IMG/VR virus record: IMGVR_UViG_3300032226_000676
Location: 1-35,206 of that record
DNA from: a virus
Taxonomy: Duplodnaviria > Caudoviricetes
Reading direction: 5' to 3' (one strand)
Length of the DNA: 35,206 bases
Part shown: piece after piece, positions 1 through 8,296 of the stretch
Layout of the letters: each line of letters opens with the position of its first letter
Numbering within the stretch: position 1 is the stretch's first letter
Notes under the pieces: generated by a model
What the model saw: the letters and a program-made list of their open reading frames with translations, nothing else
What the model was told of the DNA's origin: nothing
Database searches by the model: none
Translations under genes and position numbers: made by a program

Positions 1-62
1 CACCCCCCCGCGCGCGCGCGAGCCGGGAACCTAGTATCGAATACCCCCCTCCCAACTCCCAC

Positions 63-100
63 AGTACTGACCCCACATCACAAATATGAGTACTGACCCC
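63..100 (+). repeat. 12-bp direct repeat AGTACTGACCCC (63-74 and 89-100) flanking the terL start codon
   Basis: Two exact copies 26 bp apart in a C-rich leader; the second overlaps codons 2-5 of terL. Confidence 0.8.
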
Positions 101-1813
101 TCTATCGCGCAACTGCGCCAGAAGTTTCTCGACGCTTCATCTGATGAGGCCGTCCAAGCGGACTTTCGGACGGCGTTTGCGGACGATTTCGGCCTGTGGT
201 TGCGGCTGACGGGGTGGACTTACGCCCCGAAGGAGGTGGATGGGTCTACCGGGCGTGAGGTACCGAGTCGGATGCCTCACCGTCCGTTCGTGTTGTGGGA
301 CTGTCAGGAGCGTGCGGCGAGGGAGATTCTGTCTGCGGTGGTGGAGGGTCGTGATGTTGTGGTTCGGAAGAGCCGCGACATGGGTGCTTCCTGGCTGTTG
401 GCGGGTGTTGCGGCGTGGGGGTGGCTGTTTAAGGGATGGCAGACGCTGCTGGTGAGTCGCGTGGAGGACGGTGTTGACCGTCCCGGTGACCCTGACAGCC
501 TGTTGTGGAAGGTGGATTACCTCCTTGAGAGCCAGCCTGAGTGGTTGCTGCCGTTGCCAGCTGCTGAATTGCTGAAGCGTGGCTCTGAGACGAGGCAGCA
601 CATGATGCTTCGGAACCCGGTATCCGGGGCGACGATTGCGGGCCAGGCGAGTACGGCGCACGTGGGTCGTGGTGGACGCCGGACGATGGTGTTGTTTGAT
701 GAGTTTGCGGCGATGGGTGAGGCTGAGGCGGCTTGGCGGTCTGCTGCGGACTGTTCTGCGTGTCGGATTGCGGTGAGTACCCCTCTCGGGAGCGGTACGC
801 ACTATGCGACGTTGGTGCGGATGAGTCGGACGCAGGGTGATCCGAGGCTTGTGGAGTTGCTGTACGTCGATCACCCGTTGAAGGGGCTGGGGAGGGAGAC
901 TCGGACGGACGTTGACGGTCGTGTCACGGGTACTGCCGGGTCGGAATACGAGTGGACTCAGTGGCTCGGGGAGCAATTGAAGCGCCGTGACACGGTGGAC
1001 ATGGCGCAGAACGTGTTTGCGACGGAGGTGGGCAGTGGGTCGAACTTCTTCACGCCCGGGGTGGTGACCTCGCACATGAATGAGTGGGCGGAACCGGGTG
1101 AGAAGTGCGAGTTGCTGCGTGGTCGGTTCGTGGCTGACCCGCACGGGAGGTGGCGGGTGTGGCGTCATGGGGAGCGCGACCGCGAGTATGTGATGTTTGC
1201 GGATCCGTCGTATGGAACTGGGTCTGCGAACGCTGCGGTGTGCGTGATGGACGCGGAGAGTCGGATGGTGGTGGCTGAGTTTGCGGATCCGAACATTCCG
1301 CCGCACGATCTGGCGCTCGAGATGGTGGACGTGGCGAGGACGGTGTACGCCGGGAGGCGGATGCCGACGATCGGGTGGGAGGTGAACGGGCCCGGGGCGG
1401 CGTTGCACCATGACTTCCTGAGGATGGGGTATCACTCGCTGTACCGTCAGAGGATGGTGGGTACGACGACGCAGCGGTTGACGGTGCGTTACGGCTGGAA
1501 CTCGAGCCGCCGGGCGAAGCGGACGATCCTCGCGGCACTGAGCCGGCTGATCAGTCAGGGTGAAATCCGGATTCCGAGCGAGGACACCTTGCGCGAGATG
1601 ATGGATTATGTGATCCTTGAGGACGGATCGATTGAGTCCGCTTCGGTTCGCGACCTATCGTCCGGAGCGCGTGAGTCCCACGGCGACCGTGTGATCGCGT
1701 GCGCGGGTGCATTGATGCTTTGCGATGAAGGTCTGAGCGAGGCGCGTGCCGAGCCGACCCTTCCCGGCGACAGCCTCGGCGCGATCCTGAGGCATGACGA
1801 GGTGTTCCGATGA
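86..1813 (+). CDS. terL: Terminase large subunit
   Basis: 575 aa; Walker A-like VVRKSRDMGASW, Walker B VLFDEFA, coupling motif STP, RNase H-like nuclease domain (MFADPSYG...HGDRVIA); lies upstream of portal and capsid genes. Confidence 0.92.
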   Translation: MSTDPSIAQLRQKFLDASSDEAVQADFRTAFADDFGLWLRLTGWTYAPKEVDGSTGREVPSRMPHRPFVLWDCQERAAREILSAVVEGRDVVVRKSRDMGASWLLAGVAAWGWLFKGWQTLLVSRVEDGVDRPGDPDSLLWKVDYLLESQPEWLLPLPAAELLKRGSETRQHMMLRNPVSGATIAGQASTAHVGRGGRRTMVLFDEFAAMGEAEAAWRSAADCSACRIAVSTPLGSGTHYATLVRMSRTQGDPRLVELLYVDHPLKGLGRETRTDVDGRVTGTAGSEYEWTQWLGEQLKRRDTVDMAQNVFATEVGSGSNFFTPGVVTSHMNEWAEPGEKCELLRGRFVADPHGRWRVWRHGERDREYVMFADPSYGTGSANAAVCVMDAESRMVVAEFADPNIPPHDLALEMVDVARTVYAGRRMPTIGWEVNGPGAALHHDFLRMGYHSLYRQRMVGTTTQRLTVRYGWNSSRRAKRTILAALSRLISQGEIRIPSEDTLREMMDYVILEDGSIESASVRDLSSGARESHGDRVIACAGALMLCDEGLSEARAEPTLPGDSLGAILRHDEVFR

Positions 1814-1947
1814 ACTACGGTGCCAGCTACGGCAAGCCGATGCGCAAGTCCGCTCCCGCTCCTGCGAAGCGTTCCACGGGGAACGGCGCGAAGGGTGGCG
1901 GCAAGGGCGGCCCGAAGCGTCTGAAGCCGAAGAAGGGCGGCCGCTGA
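1810..1947 (+). CDS. Small basic Gly/Lys-rich protein (45 aa, MNYGASYGKPMRKSAPAPAKR...KKGGR); not in ORF track
   Basis: ATGA overlap with terL stop and TGATG overlap with next gene; AAG/GGC codon usage typical of this genome. Confidence 0.7.
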   Translation: MNYGASYGKPMRKSAPAPAKRSTGNGAKGGGKGGPKRLKPKKGGR

Positions 1948-2099
1948 TGGCTGCGAAGAAGAAGGCTTCCAAGAAGGCGCATTCCTTGCGTTCCGAGATG
2001 AAGAAGCACGGCGCGAAGCATGAGAAGCGCGAGGGCGCGTTCGAGATGATGGAGCGCAAGTCCAAGGGCTACTCCTCGAAGCGCGAGTCCTACCGATGA
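1947..2099 (+). CDS. Small basic protein (50 aa, MAAKKKASKKAHSLRSEMKK...)
   Basis: TGATG-coupled start at 1947 and ATGA overlap with next gene; this is the C-terminal half of track ORF 1794..2099. Confidence 0.7.
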   Translation: MAAKKKASKKAHSLRSEMKKHGAKHEKREGAFEMMERKSKGYSSKRESYR

Positions 2100-2278
2100 A
2101 CCAGTTCGTCCGCATCTCCGAGCAGGTCTGGATCCCGGTGCATCGCATCGAGCGGATTTCGTTCTTCGCGGACACGGCGACGATCAAGTACGTCGATGAC
2201 CGTCAGGTGGACATCCTCGACGGCGAGGATGCGTCCCGTCTGAAGGACTGGATGCAGTCCGGCGGGAGTTTCCTCTGA
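2096..2278 (+). CDS. Hypothetical protein (60 aa)
   Basis: Coupled at both ends; globular beta-rich-looking composition. Confidence 0.7.
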   Translation: MNQFVRISEQVWIPVHRIERISFFADTATIKYVDDRQVDILDGEDASRLKDWMQSGGSFL

Positions 2279-2508
2279 TGGCCCGCCGCGACCCCAACCT
2301 TTCCGTCGGTCGCGGCGAGAAACTGCCCGTGTCGAAGGGCGCTGGACTGACGGCCAAGGGTCGCGCGAAGTACAACCGCGAGACCGGGTCGAACCTGAAG
2401 GCCCCGACGAAGGACAAGGACAACCCTCGTCACAAGTCGTTCTGCGCCCGTTCGAGTTCGTGGAAGGGCGAGCGCGGCAAGGCTGCGCGGAAGCGGTGGG
2501 GGTGCTGA
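2278..2508 (+). CDS. Conserved small basic phage protein with KSFCAR...RW.C motif (DUF6321-like)
   Basis: GLTAKGRAKYNRETGSNLKAP...RHKSFCARS...RKRWGC resembles a widespread aquatic-phage family; family name recalled, needs HMM check. Confidence 0.75.
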   Translation: MARRDPNLSVGRGEKLPVSKGAGLTAKGRAKYNRETGSNLKAPTKDKDNPRHKSFCARSSSWKGERGKAARKRWGC

Positions 2509-2850
2509 ATGTCCGATGACATCATCGACAAGGCACGCGGGATTCCCCGAGGCATCGGCGGATATCACCACGACATCGTGCAGGAGATGATCGCCGAGAT
2601 CGAACGGCTTCGCGAGCAACTGCGGCTCGCCAACATCGACTGCTTCAACACGACCGCAGAGGTCGATACGTTGCGCGCCGAGCGCGACGAGGCGAACGCA
2701 AACGCGAAGTTGTACAGGGACGATCGCGATGCGGCGCGGGCGGAAGCGACATTCCTCCGACCGAGCGTGTGTCTCGGAGCGCAGACGGCATCCGAATACG
2801 CGAAGACTCGCGGCTGGGACTGCTTCAAGGAGCCTGCCCATGCCTCGTGA
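2509..2850 (+). CDS. Hypothetical coiled-coil protein (113 aa)
   Basis: Starts immediately after previous stop; heptad-like EIERLREQL...LRAERDEA. Confidence 0.65.
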   Translation: MSDDIIDKARGIPRGIGGYHHDIVQEMIAEIERLREQLRLANIDCFNTTAEVDTLRAERDEANANAKLYRDDRDAARAEATFLRPSVCLGAQTASEYAKTRGWDCFKEPAHAS

Positions 2851-3061
2851 CTACAAGGCCGAGTACGCGAAGTTCCACTCATCGACAGCGTCGAAGAAGG
2901 ACCGCGCCTCCCGCAACAAGGTCCGACGCGCTGCGGAGCGCGATGGCCGCGTCAACAAGGGCGACGGCAAGGACATCGACCACAGGAATGGAAACCCCCG
3001 CGACAACCGCAGATCGAACCTGCGCGTGACGTCGCGCTCGAGCAACAGGAGCAGGAAGTAA
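2840..3061 (+). CDS. HNH endonuclease (73 aa)
   Basis: AGGAG SD at 2828-2832, ATG 2840; DIDHRNGNPRDNRRSNLR...NR HNH signature. Confidence 0.85.
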   Translation: MPRDYKAEYAKFHSSTASKKDRASRNKVRRAAERDGRVNKGDGKDIDHRNGNPRDNRRSNLRVTSRSSNRSRK

Positions 3062-3402
3062 TGCCGTACGCCAAGTTTGATGCGTTCCCCGCCTCGTCCG
3101 GAACCCCGCGCTCGGTGTCGCTCGCGACCCCGAACACGAGCAATTCCGGCAACGGCATCGTCGGCGTGAAGCCCGTGAGCGGTCTGCTCACCGTGCTTAC
3201 CGCCGATGCGCTGGTCGCGTTCAACTGCGCCTCCGTCGGAGACGCTGCGACCGCGATGACCGATGGCAGCACGGATGGAAACAACCAGGCGATGATCGTT
3301 CCGGCCGGCACGGTCATCGAACTCCGCAACATCGATCCGACGACCACGTGGATCGGCGGGTTCACCACGTCCGGCGGGTCGTTCTCGTTCATGGGGTTCT
3401 GA
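3061..3402 (+). CDS. Hypothetical beta-rich protein, possibly virion-associated (113 aa)
   Basis: TAATG coupling; Ser/Thr/Gly/Ala-rich. Confidence 0.7.
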   Translation: MPYAKFDAFPASSGTPRSVSLATPNTSNSGNGIVGVKPVSGLLTVLTADALVAFNCASVGDAATAMTDGSTDGNNQAMIVPAGTVIELRNIDPTTTWIGGFTTSGGSFSFMGF

Positions 3403-3414
3403 GGAGATTCGACG

Positions 3415-4119
3415 ATGACGCAGTTCACCAACTTCTCCGGCGACTTTTCTAGGCAGAACATCACGCTGTTCGCCGACTTCGCGTCCGATGCATCGCCGTT
3501 CTCGTACAACAATTCTGCCGCTCTCGCGACGGCCACGCAGACGAACACGACCGTGAGTTCGCTCGGCGTCGCAGCCTTTGGAATTACTTCCGGAACGTCA
3601 GCAGGAGTGTTTCCTTACGCGGGCGTGTACATGTCGGCGGCAGTATCGGCTGGATCGGCGGTCGATACGACGTATCGCCTCGGCAGGGGAGCGGTCGAGG
3701 TATCAGCGCGTGTCTCCGCAACGACCTCATCCGTGGCTACCCACGTCCATGTTGTGGGAATATCGTCCTGCGACAGGGATGCCAATGTGCGGCCCGGCCT
3801 CGATTTCGTCGGATTCTTTTCTCTCGGCAACGCAACGGTATGGTCGGTCGGAGTGATCAACAACGGCCAGGCGGTGTCGTTCGCCACCAACGTAGACAAG
3901 GGGTCGCTGCGGAATCTGCGCGTCGTGGTGAGCAAGAACGCCGATTCGGCGGAGTTCTACATCGACGGAACGCTCATCCGGAAGATCGATACGCCGATCA
4001 GGACTACGGTCGGCATGGTTCCGTGCATTGAGATCAAGGATTGCGTTTCGGGTGCATCGAACGCGGCCGGTTCCCTCAGCGCCGACTACTTTCTCGTTCA
4101 GCAGCAGGTGGCGAGATGA
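3415..4119 (+). CDS. Beta-sandwich/lectin-like protein, paralogue A (234 aa)
   Basis: GAGGAG SD; alternating beta-strand pattern, AEFYIDGTLI motif typical of ConA-like folds (fold is inference). Confidence 0.7.
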   Translation: MTQFTNFSGDFSRQNITLFADFASDASPFSYNNSAALATATQTNTTVSSLGVAAFGITSGTSAGVFPYAGVYMSAAVSAGSAVDTTYRLGRGAVEVSARVSATTSSVATHVHVVGISSCDRDANVRPGLDFVGFFSLGNATVWSVGVINNGQAVSFATNVDKGSLRNLRVVVSKNADSAEFYIDGTLIRKIDTPIRTTVGMVPCIEIKDCVSGASNAAGSLSADYFLVQQQVAR

Positions 4120-4874
4120 CGCTTCTGCACGCTCCGACCGGGAACTTCAGCACCAAGAGGACGATCCTGTTCACGGACTTCGTGACAGGTGTGTCTCCGT
4201 ATGGATCGCTCCTTTCAACGACGGCGGCAGGAACGTCAACCATCGCGATTTCAAACTCATCTGATGGCGAGTTTGGGACCGCCGTAGTCACGCTTCCGGC
4301 GAGTTCCACGTCTCCACTTCGCTCAAGAGCGGCCATCATGCTGTGTCGATCGGCGGTTGGAACTGGAACGATCGTGCAGCGCCAGTTTCGGATCTACGAC
4401 TTTGAGGAAGCGTCGTTCTCAACTCGCATCAAGACGAACATCAGCGCCAACGCCATGTACTGTGCCGCAGGATTTCCTGCATCGCACGCCACGACGGACA
4501 ACCTTGCCGAGCAGTTGATCGGATTCATCGTCCGTGGGACGGAGCCTACATGGGCGGCATCGATCGTCGTTGACAACGTGGAGATTTTCCGTTTCGTCAC
4601 GAGCGTTCCGAAGACCAGTTACTCCGTGCTATCGGTTTTCGTCCGAAGGGATCTTCGGAGAATCGATGAGCAATGGATCTACGTCGAGTTCTTCGCAGAT
4701 GGGAAACTGGTCGCGAAATGGAACGGCAGCGTAGGGAACATGTTCATTGCCGGAACGCAAGGCCTCCCCGGCATTGAGGCGCGTGACAAGAATGACGGAG
4801 GATCCGGGGTCGCCGGACAGTCGTTTACCGTTGACTTCATCGAGTTCTACGGAAGCCACGGAGACAGAACCTGA
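4116..4874 (+). CDS. Beta-sandwich/lectin-like protein, paralogue B (252 aa)
   Basis: ATGA overlap at 4116; N-terminus and VEFFADGKLV/IEARD..VDF segments align with paralogue A. Confidence 0.7.
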   Translation: MTLLHAPTGNFSTKRTILFTDFVTGVSPYGSLLSTTAAGTSTIAISNSSDGEFGTAVVTLPASSTSPLRSRAAIMLCRSAVGTGTIVQRQFRIYDFEEASFSTRIKTNISANAMYCAAGFPASHATTDNLAEQLIGFIVRGTEPTWAASIVVDNVEIFRFVTSVPKTSYSVLSVFVRRDLRRIDEQWIYVEFFADGKLVAKWNGSVGNMFIAGTQGLPGIEARDKNDGGSGVAGQSFTVDFIEFYGSHGDRT

Positions 4875-5005
4875 TGCCGTTCAAGTCGAAGGCCCAGCAG
4901 AAGTACATGTTCGCCACCATGCCGAAGACGGCGAAGCGGTGGGCGAGCGAGACGAAGAACATCAAGTCGCTGCCCAAGACGGCCGCGAAGAAACGGAGCA
5001 AGTGA
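4874..5005 (+). CDS. Small basic protein (43 aa, MPFKSKAQQKYMFATMPKTAKRW...); not in ORF track
   Basis: TGATG coupling at both ends; MPFKSxAQ start resembles a common small phage protein family. Confidence 0.75.
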   Translation: MPFKSKAQQKYMFATMPKTAKRWASETKNIKSLPKTAAKKRSK

Positions 5006-5148
5006 TGCCCGTTCGGAGTTCGCAGAGAGAACGCATGGCCCATGAGGCGATGCACCGAACCAACAAGCCGAAGACAGCCCTCGCCAAGTCGGCGCGGTCG
5101 CAGTGCTCCGGATGCACCAAGAAGCGCGCAAAGCGCGGAGGCAAGTGA
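5005..5148 (+). CDS. Small basic protein with CxxC (47 aa, MPVRSSQRERM...CSGCTKKRAKRGGK)
   Basis: TGATG coupling at both ends. Confidence 0.6.
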   Translation: MPVRSSQRERMAHEAMHRTNKPKTALAKSARSQCSGCTKKRAKRGGK

Positions 5149-5336
5149 TGGCTCGAGCAGGATCTCGTTACGGAAATGGCGGCGCTCGCAACGGTGGCAA
5201 GTCCGGAGGCGCGGCCGGTGCGATGAGCGGCGGCAAGAAGGCGGCAACCCGCGTCGCGGCGACGAATCTCGTCACCGCGAAGAAGAAGACCTCGGGTACC
5301 CTGGTCGCTGGTGGCGGCAAGCCCGTCGCACGCTGA
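5148..5336 (+). CDS. Small basic Gly/Ala/Lys-rich protein (62 aa, MARAGSRYGNGG...)
   Basis: GGAGG upstream, TGATG coupling, ends 8 bp before portal. Confidence 0.65.
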   Translation: MARAGSRYGNGGARNGGKSGGAAGAMSGGKKAATRVAATNLVTAKKKTSGTLVAGGGKPVAR

Positions 5337-5344
5337 GGTAAACC

Positions 5345-7123
5345 ATGCTCGACCTTTCGTTCGATTCGATCCGCCGCGAGGTGGAGAGCGCGGAGCGGTT
5401 CCGCGACGCGCATCTATCGTCCCTTCGGACGATGGTCGAGAAATACCATGGCCCGGCCTACCGCGACGACCGCACCGACCCGTACATCGATGACCCGGAG
5501 AACTTCGGGCATGAGTACGTCAGCCTGGTGCTGCCGAGGATCATCCACGACACCCCGAAGTTCCGGGTGAAACTGGGCGATCCGATGCTGGAACTCATGG
5601 TCGGCCGGCGTCTACAGGTCGCCGTCAACCGTTGGGCGCGCATCACGAAGTTGCGCCGTACTCTCGAGCGGATCGCCACGGACATGATGTTCACGCACGG
5701 CGTCGCCCTCACGGTCAGCGAGCCTCGGGCGGAGGTGCGGAAGACGGACGGGAAGGAGCCCTATCTTCCCCGCGTCTACCGCATCTCCCCCGAGCGTTTC
5801 TTCATCGATCCGGCTGCGACCAACATCGAGGATGCCCGGTTCATGGGCCACTGCTACGCGGTGGACAAGAATGACCTGATCTTCCGAGCGGAGCAGGACA
5901 AGACCTGGGACCTCGACGCCGTGATGGCGATCCCGTCCGGAACCGACCTCGACGAGGTGCGCGATGACAACGGTCGCGACCTCGAGGACCGCAAGGAGGT
6001 CGCCGTCTACGAGGTATGGGTTCCGGAGGCGGACGAGACTCTCGCCGAAGCGATGGACGAGGTGCTCGGCCCGGGCATGGTGAACGGGACGATCTACACC
6101 TTCGTCAAGAGCCGTTCCCCCGCGAGCAAGTGGGAGGGCTACATCCGCAAGCCGATCCCGTACTTCGGCCCGAGGAACGGCCCCTACACCGTGTTCGGCG
6201 TGTACACGGTTCCCGACGACCCGTATCCGCTGTCCCCGCTGGTGGCGATCCAGTCCCAGATGGAGGATCTCAACGCCCACCTGACGAGCGTCCGCTCGAG
6301 CGCGGCCGCCTACAAGCGGCTGATCATGGTGGATGCCCGCAACAGCAAGCTGGCGCAGGACATCAAGGACAAGCCCCACGACTACGTGGTGCTGTCCGAG
6401 TCGCTCGACAAGGACCGGGTAATGAACCTGGAGGTCGGCGGCATCACGCAGCAGCAGGTCCAGTACTCCGCGATGGCGCAGGATCGGCTCGACCGGGTGT
6501 CGGGCATCCACGATGCGATGCGCGGCAACATCCAGGGCGCTGCGACGGCGACCGAGGTTGCCGTGGCGGAGTCGAGCGCGACCATGCGCATGGCGCACAT
6601 CAAGCGCCAGTTCCAGGAGTCCGTCGACGACATCGCCCGGTCGGTGCTCTGGTTCATGTGGCACGACGACCGGATCAACCTGCCGCTCGGTCGGGAGGGC
6701 GCGGAGGCTCTGATCGAGGCGGAACCCGTATTCACCGGAGGAGTCCGGATGCCGGGCTGGGAGGATCTCGAGGTCGCGGTCGATGCCTACAGCATGGAGC
6801 GCGTCTCGGAGGCTCTCGTCCAGAAGCGGGCGATGGAACTCCTTCAGATCACCACAACGGTCGCCCAGGGCATGGCGGCGATGCCGTTCGTGAAGTGGCG
6901 CGAGATCCTGTCGGTGGTCGGGGACTCGCTGAACATCCCGCACCTCGCGGACCTGATCGACCAGCGCGCCATGCAGCAGGCAATGCAGCCCCCGCAGGGT
7001 CCGGGCATGGCTCAGGGCCCGCAGGGTCCTCAGGGTCAGCCGATGAACGCGATGGGTGAGCCGAGTCCGATCCCGGCGAGCAGCGTGGCCGGCCTCCAGG
7101 CCGCCGCGAACAGGGCGATGTAA
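5345..7123 (+). CDS. Portal protein
   Basis: 592 aa, largely helical, RISPERFFIDP and VYEVW segments typical of P22/podovirus-like portals, Q/P/G-rich tail; sits between terminase and scaffold/capsid; GAGGT SD. Confidence 0.8.
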   Translation: MLDLSFDSIRREVESAERFRDAHLSSLRTMVEKYHGPAYRDDRTDPYIDDPENFGHEYVSLVLPRIIHDTPKFRVKLGDPMLELMVGRRLQVAVNRWARITKLRRTLERIATDMMFTHGVALTVSEPRAEVRKTDGKEPYLPRVYRISPERFFIDPAATNIEDARFMGHCYAVDKNDLIFRAEQDKTWDLDAVMAIPSGTDLDEVRDDNGRDLEDRKEVAVYEVWVPEADETLAEAMDEVLGPGMVNGTIYTFVKSRSPASKWEGYIRKPIPYFGPRNGPYTVFGVYTVPDDPYPLSPLVAIQSQMEDLNAHLTSVRSSAAAYKRLIMVDARNSKLAQDIKDKPHDYVVLSESLDKDRVMNLEVGGITQQQVQYSAMAQDRLDRVSGIHDAMRGNIQGAATATEVAVAESSATMRMAHIKRQFQESVDDIARSVLWFMWHDDRINLPLGREGAEALIEAEPVFTGGVRMPGWEDLEVAVDAYSMERVSEALVQKRAMELLQITTTVAQGMAAMPFVKWREILSVVGDSLNIPHLADLIDQRAMQQAMQPPQGPGMAQGPQGPQGQPMNAMGEPSPIPASSVAGLQAAANRAM

Positions 7124-7413
7124 TGATCTACGAATTCCTAGACGAGTCCGGAAATGTGGTCGAAATCAACATGCCGATGCGTGACGCACCGTCCATCGGC
7201 AGTATTATCAATCACGAAGGGCGCGCCCTGACCCGGATCGCCAGCGACATGCAGGTGGACCCGGGAACGAATCGTCACCAGTACCCATACGTGAGTCATT
7301 CGCTTCCGCGAAACCTCGCTGGGTGCAAGACAACGCGCAAGGGCAAGCCCATCGTGACGTCGAAGCGCCATGAACGCGAAATCATGGCGCAGCATGGATT
7401 TGAGAAGGACTGA
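7123..7413 (+). CDS. Hypothetical protein, FmdB-like N-terminus lacking Zn-ligand cysteines
   Basis: MIYEFLDESGNVVEI start; TAATG coupling; position after portal is common for this family. Confidence 0.6.
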   Translation: MIYEFLDESGNVVEINMPMRDAPSIGSIINHEGRALTRIASDMQVDPGTNRHQYPYVSHSLPRNLAGCKTTRKGKPIVTSKRHEREIMAQHGFEKD

Positions 7414-7414
7414 C

Positions 7415-8278
7415 ATGTCAGAACCCGAAGCACAGATCACGCCTCCGGAGGAGCGCGTCAATCCAGTCGAGCAACTCGCTCAGGAAGCCGCCATCGAGGC
7501 GGGCAACTCCGAGAGCGAAGATGCCGTTCTGGATCGCCTTCTCGGGATCGACGAGCCTGCTCCACGGCAGGATGTTCGCACGACCGAAACCGCTGCTCCA
7601 GCGAAACCCGATCCTGACTTCGATCGGGCGCTGAAGGCCTTGCAGCGCGACGGCGTTCCCGCCGACGTCATCGAAGGCATCAAGTCCGACCCTTCCAAGG
7701 TGAAGGAGTGGGGCCTGAAGGCCGCGAAGCGCCAGGCGGACGTGGATGCGTTCGGTGCGAAGGTCGCCGAGAAGAAGGCGGAGAAGCAGCCAGAGGAACC
7801 GAAGGCGTCCGTGAGCACGGACGATGGAGAGGCAGATGCCGATCCGTTGTCCAAGTTCAAGTCGATCTTCGGTGACGAGGCGGCGGAACCGCTCGCGAAG
7901 ATGCAGGATCGGCTCCGCGAGGAGTTCGATCGCAAGACGCGCGTCCTCGAGATCAAGCATCAGACCGAGCGCGCCTTCGACCGCATCTCGTCTCAGTACG
8001 GCGACAAGTCGCCGTCCTACGACGAGATCACGGAGGTCGCCGCGCAGATCGGGCGCGAGAACCCCGGTCAATTCTCCTCCATCGACGAGATCGTCAAAGA
8101 GGCGTTCCGTCAACGGGCCGGAGAACCAAAGAGGATGGATCCCCGCAACATCGCCCGCCCGACCGTCGGCAAGCAGCCCGCTCGCGCCGTTCGGGAGATC
8201 GATCGCGAGGATGCCGTCCTCGACGTCCTTCTGTCAGGCGGAAGCCGCAACGACGCGCTCCGCATCCTTTCCCGCTAA
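7415..8278 (+). CDS. Capsid scaffolding protein (287 aa)
   Basis: Acidic, helical/low-complexity protein directly upstream of the major capsid gene; AAGGA SD before ATG 7415. Confidence 0.7.
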   Translation: MSEPEAQITPPEERVNPVEQLAQEAAIEAGNSESEDAVLDRLLGIDEPAPRQDVRTTETAAPAKPDPDFDRALKALQRDGVPADVIEGIKSDPSKVKEWGLKAAKRQADVDAFGAKVAEKKAEKQPEEPKASVSTDDGEADADPLSKFKSIFGDEAAEPLAKMQDRLREEFDRKTRVLEIKHQTERAFDRISSQYGDKSPSYDEITEVAAQIGRENPGQFSSIDEIVKEAFRQRAGEPKRMDPRNIARPTVGKQPARAVREIDREDAVLDVLLSGGSRNDALRILSR

Positions 8279-8296
8279 CCCAACACGGAGGGCAAC

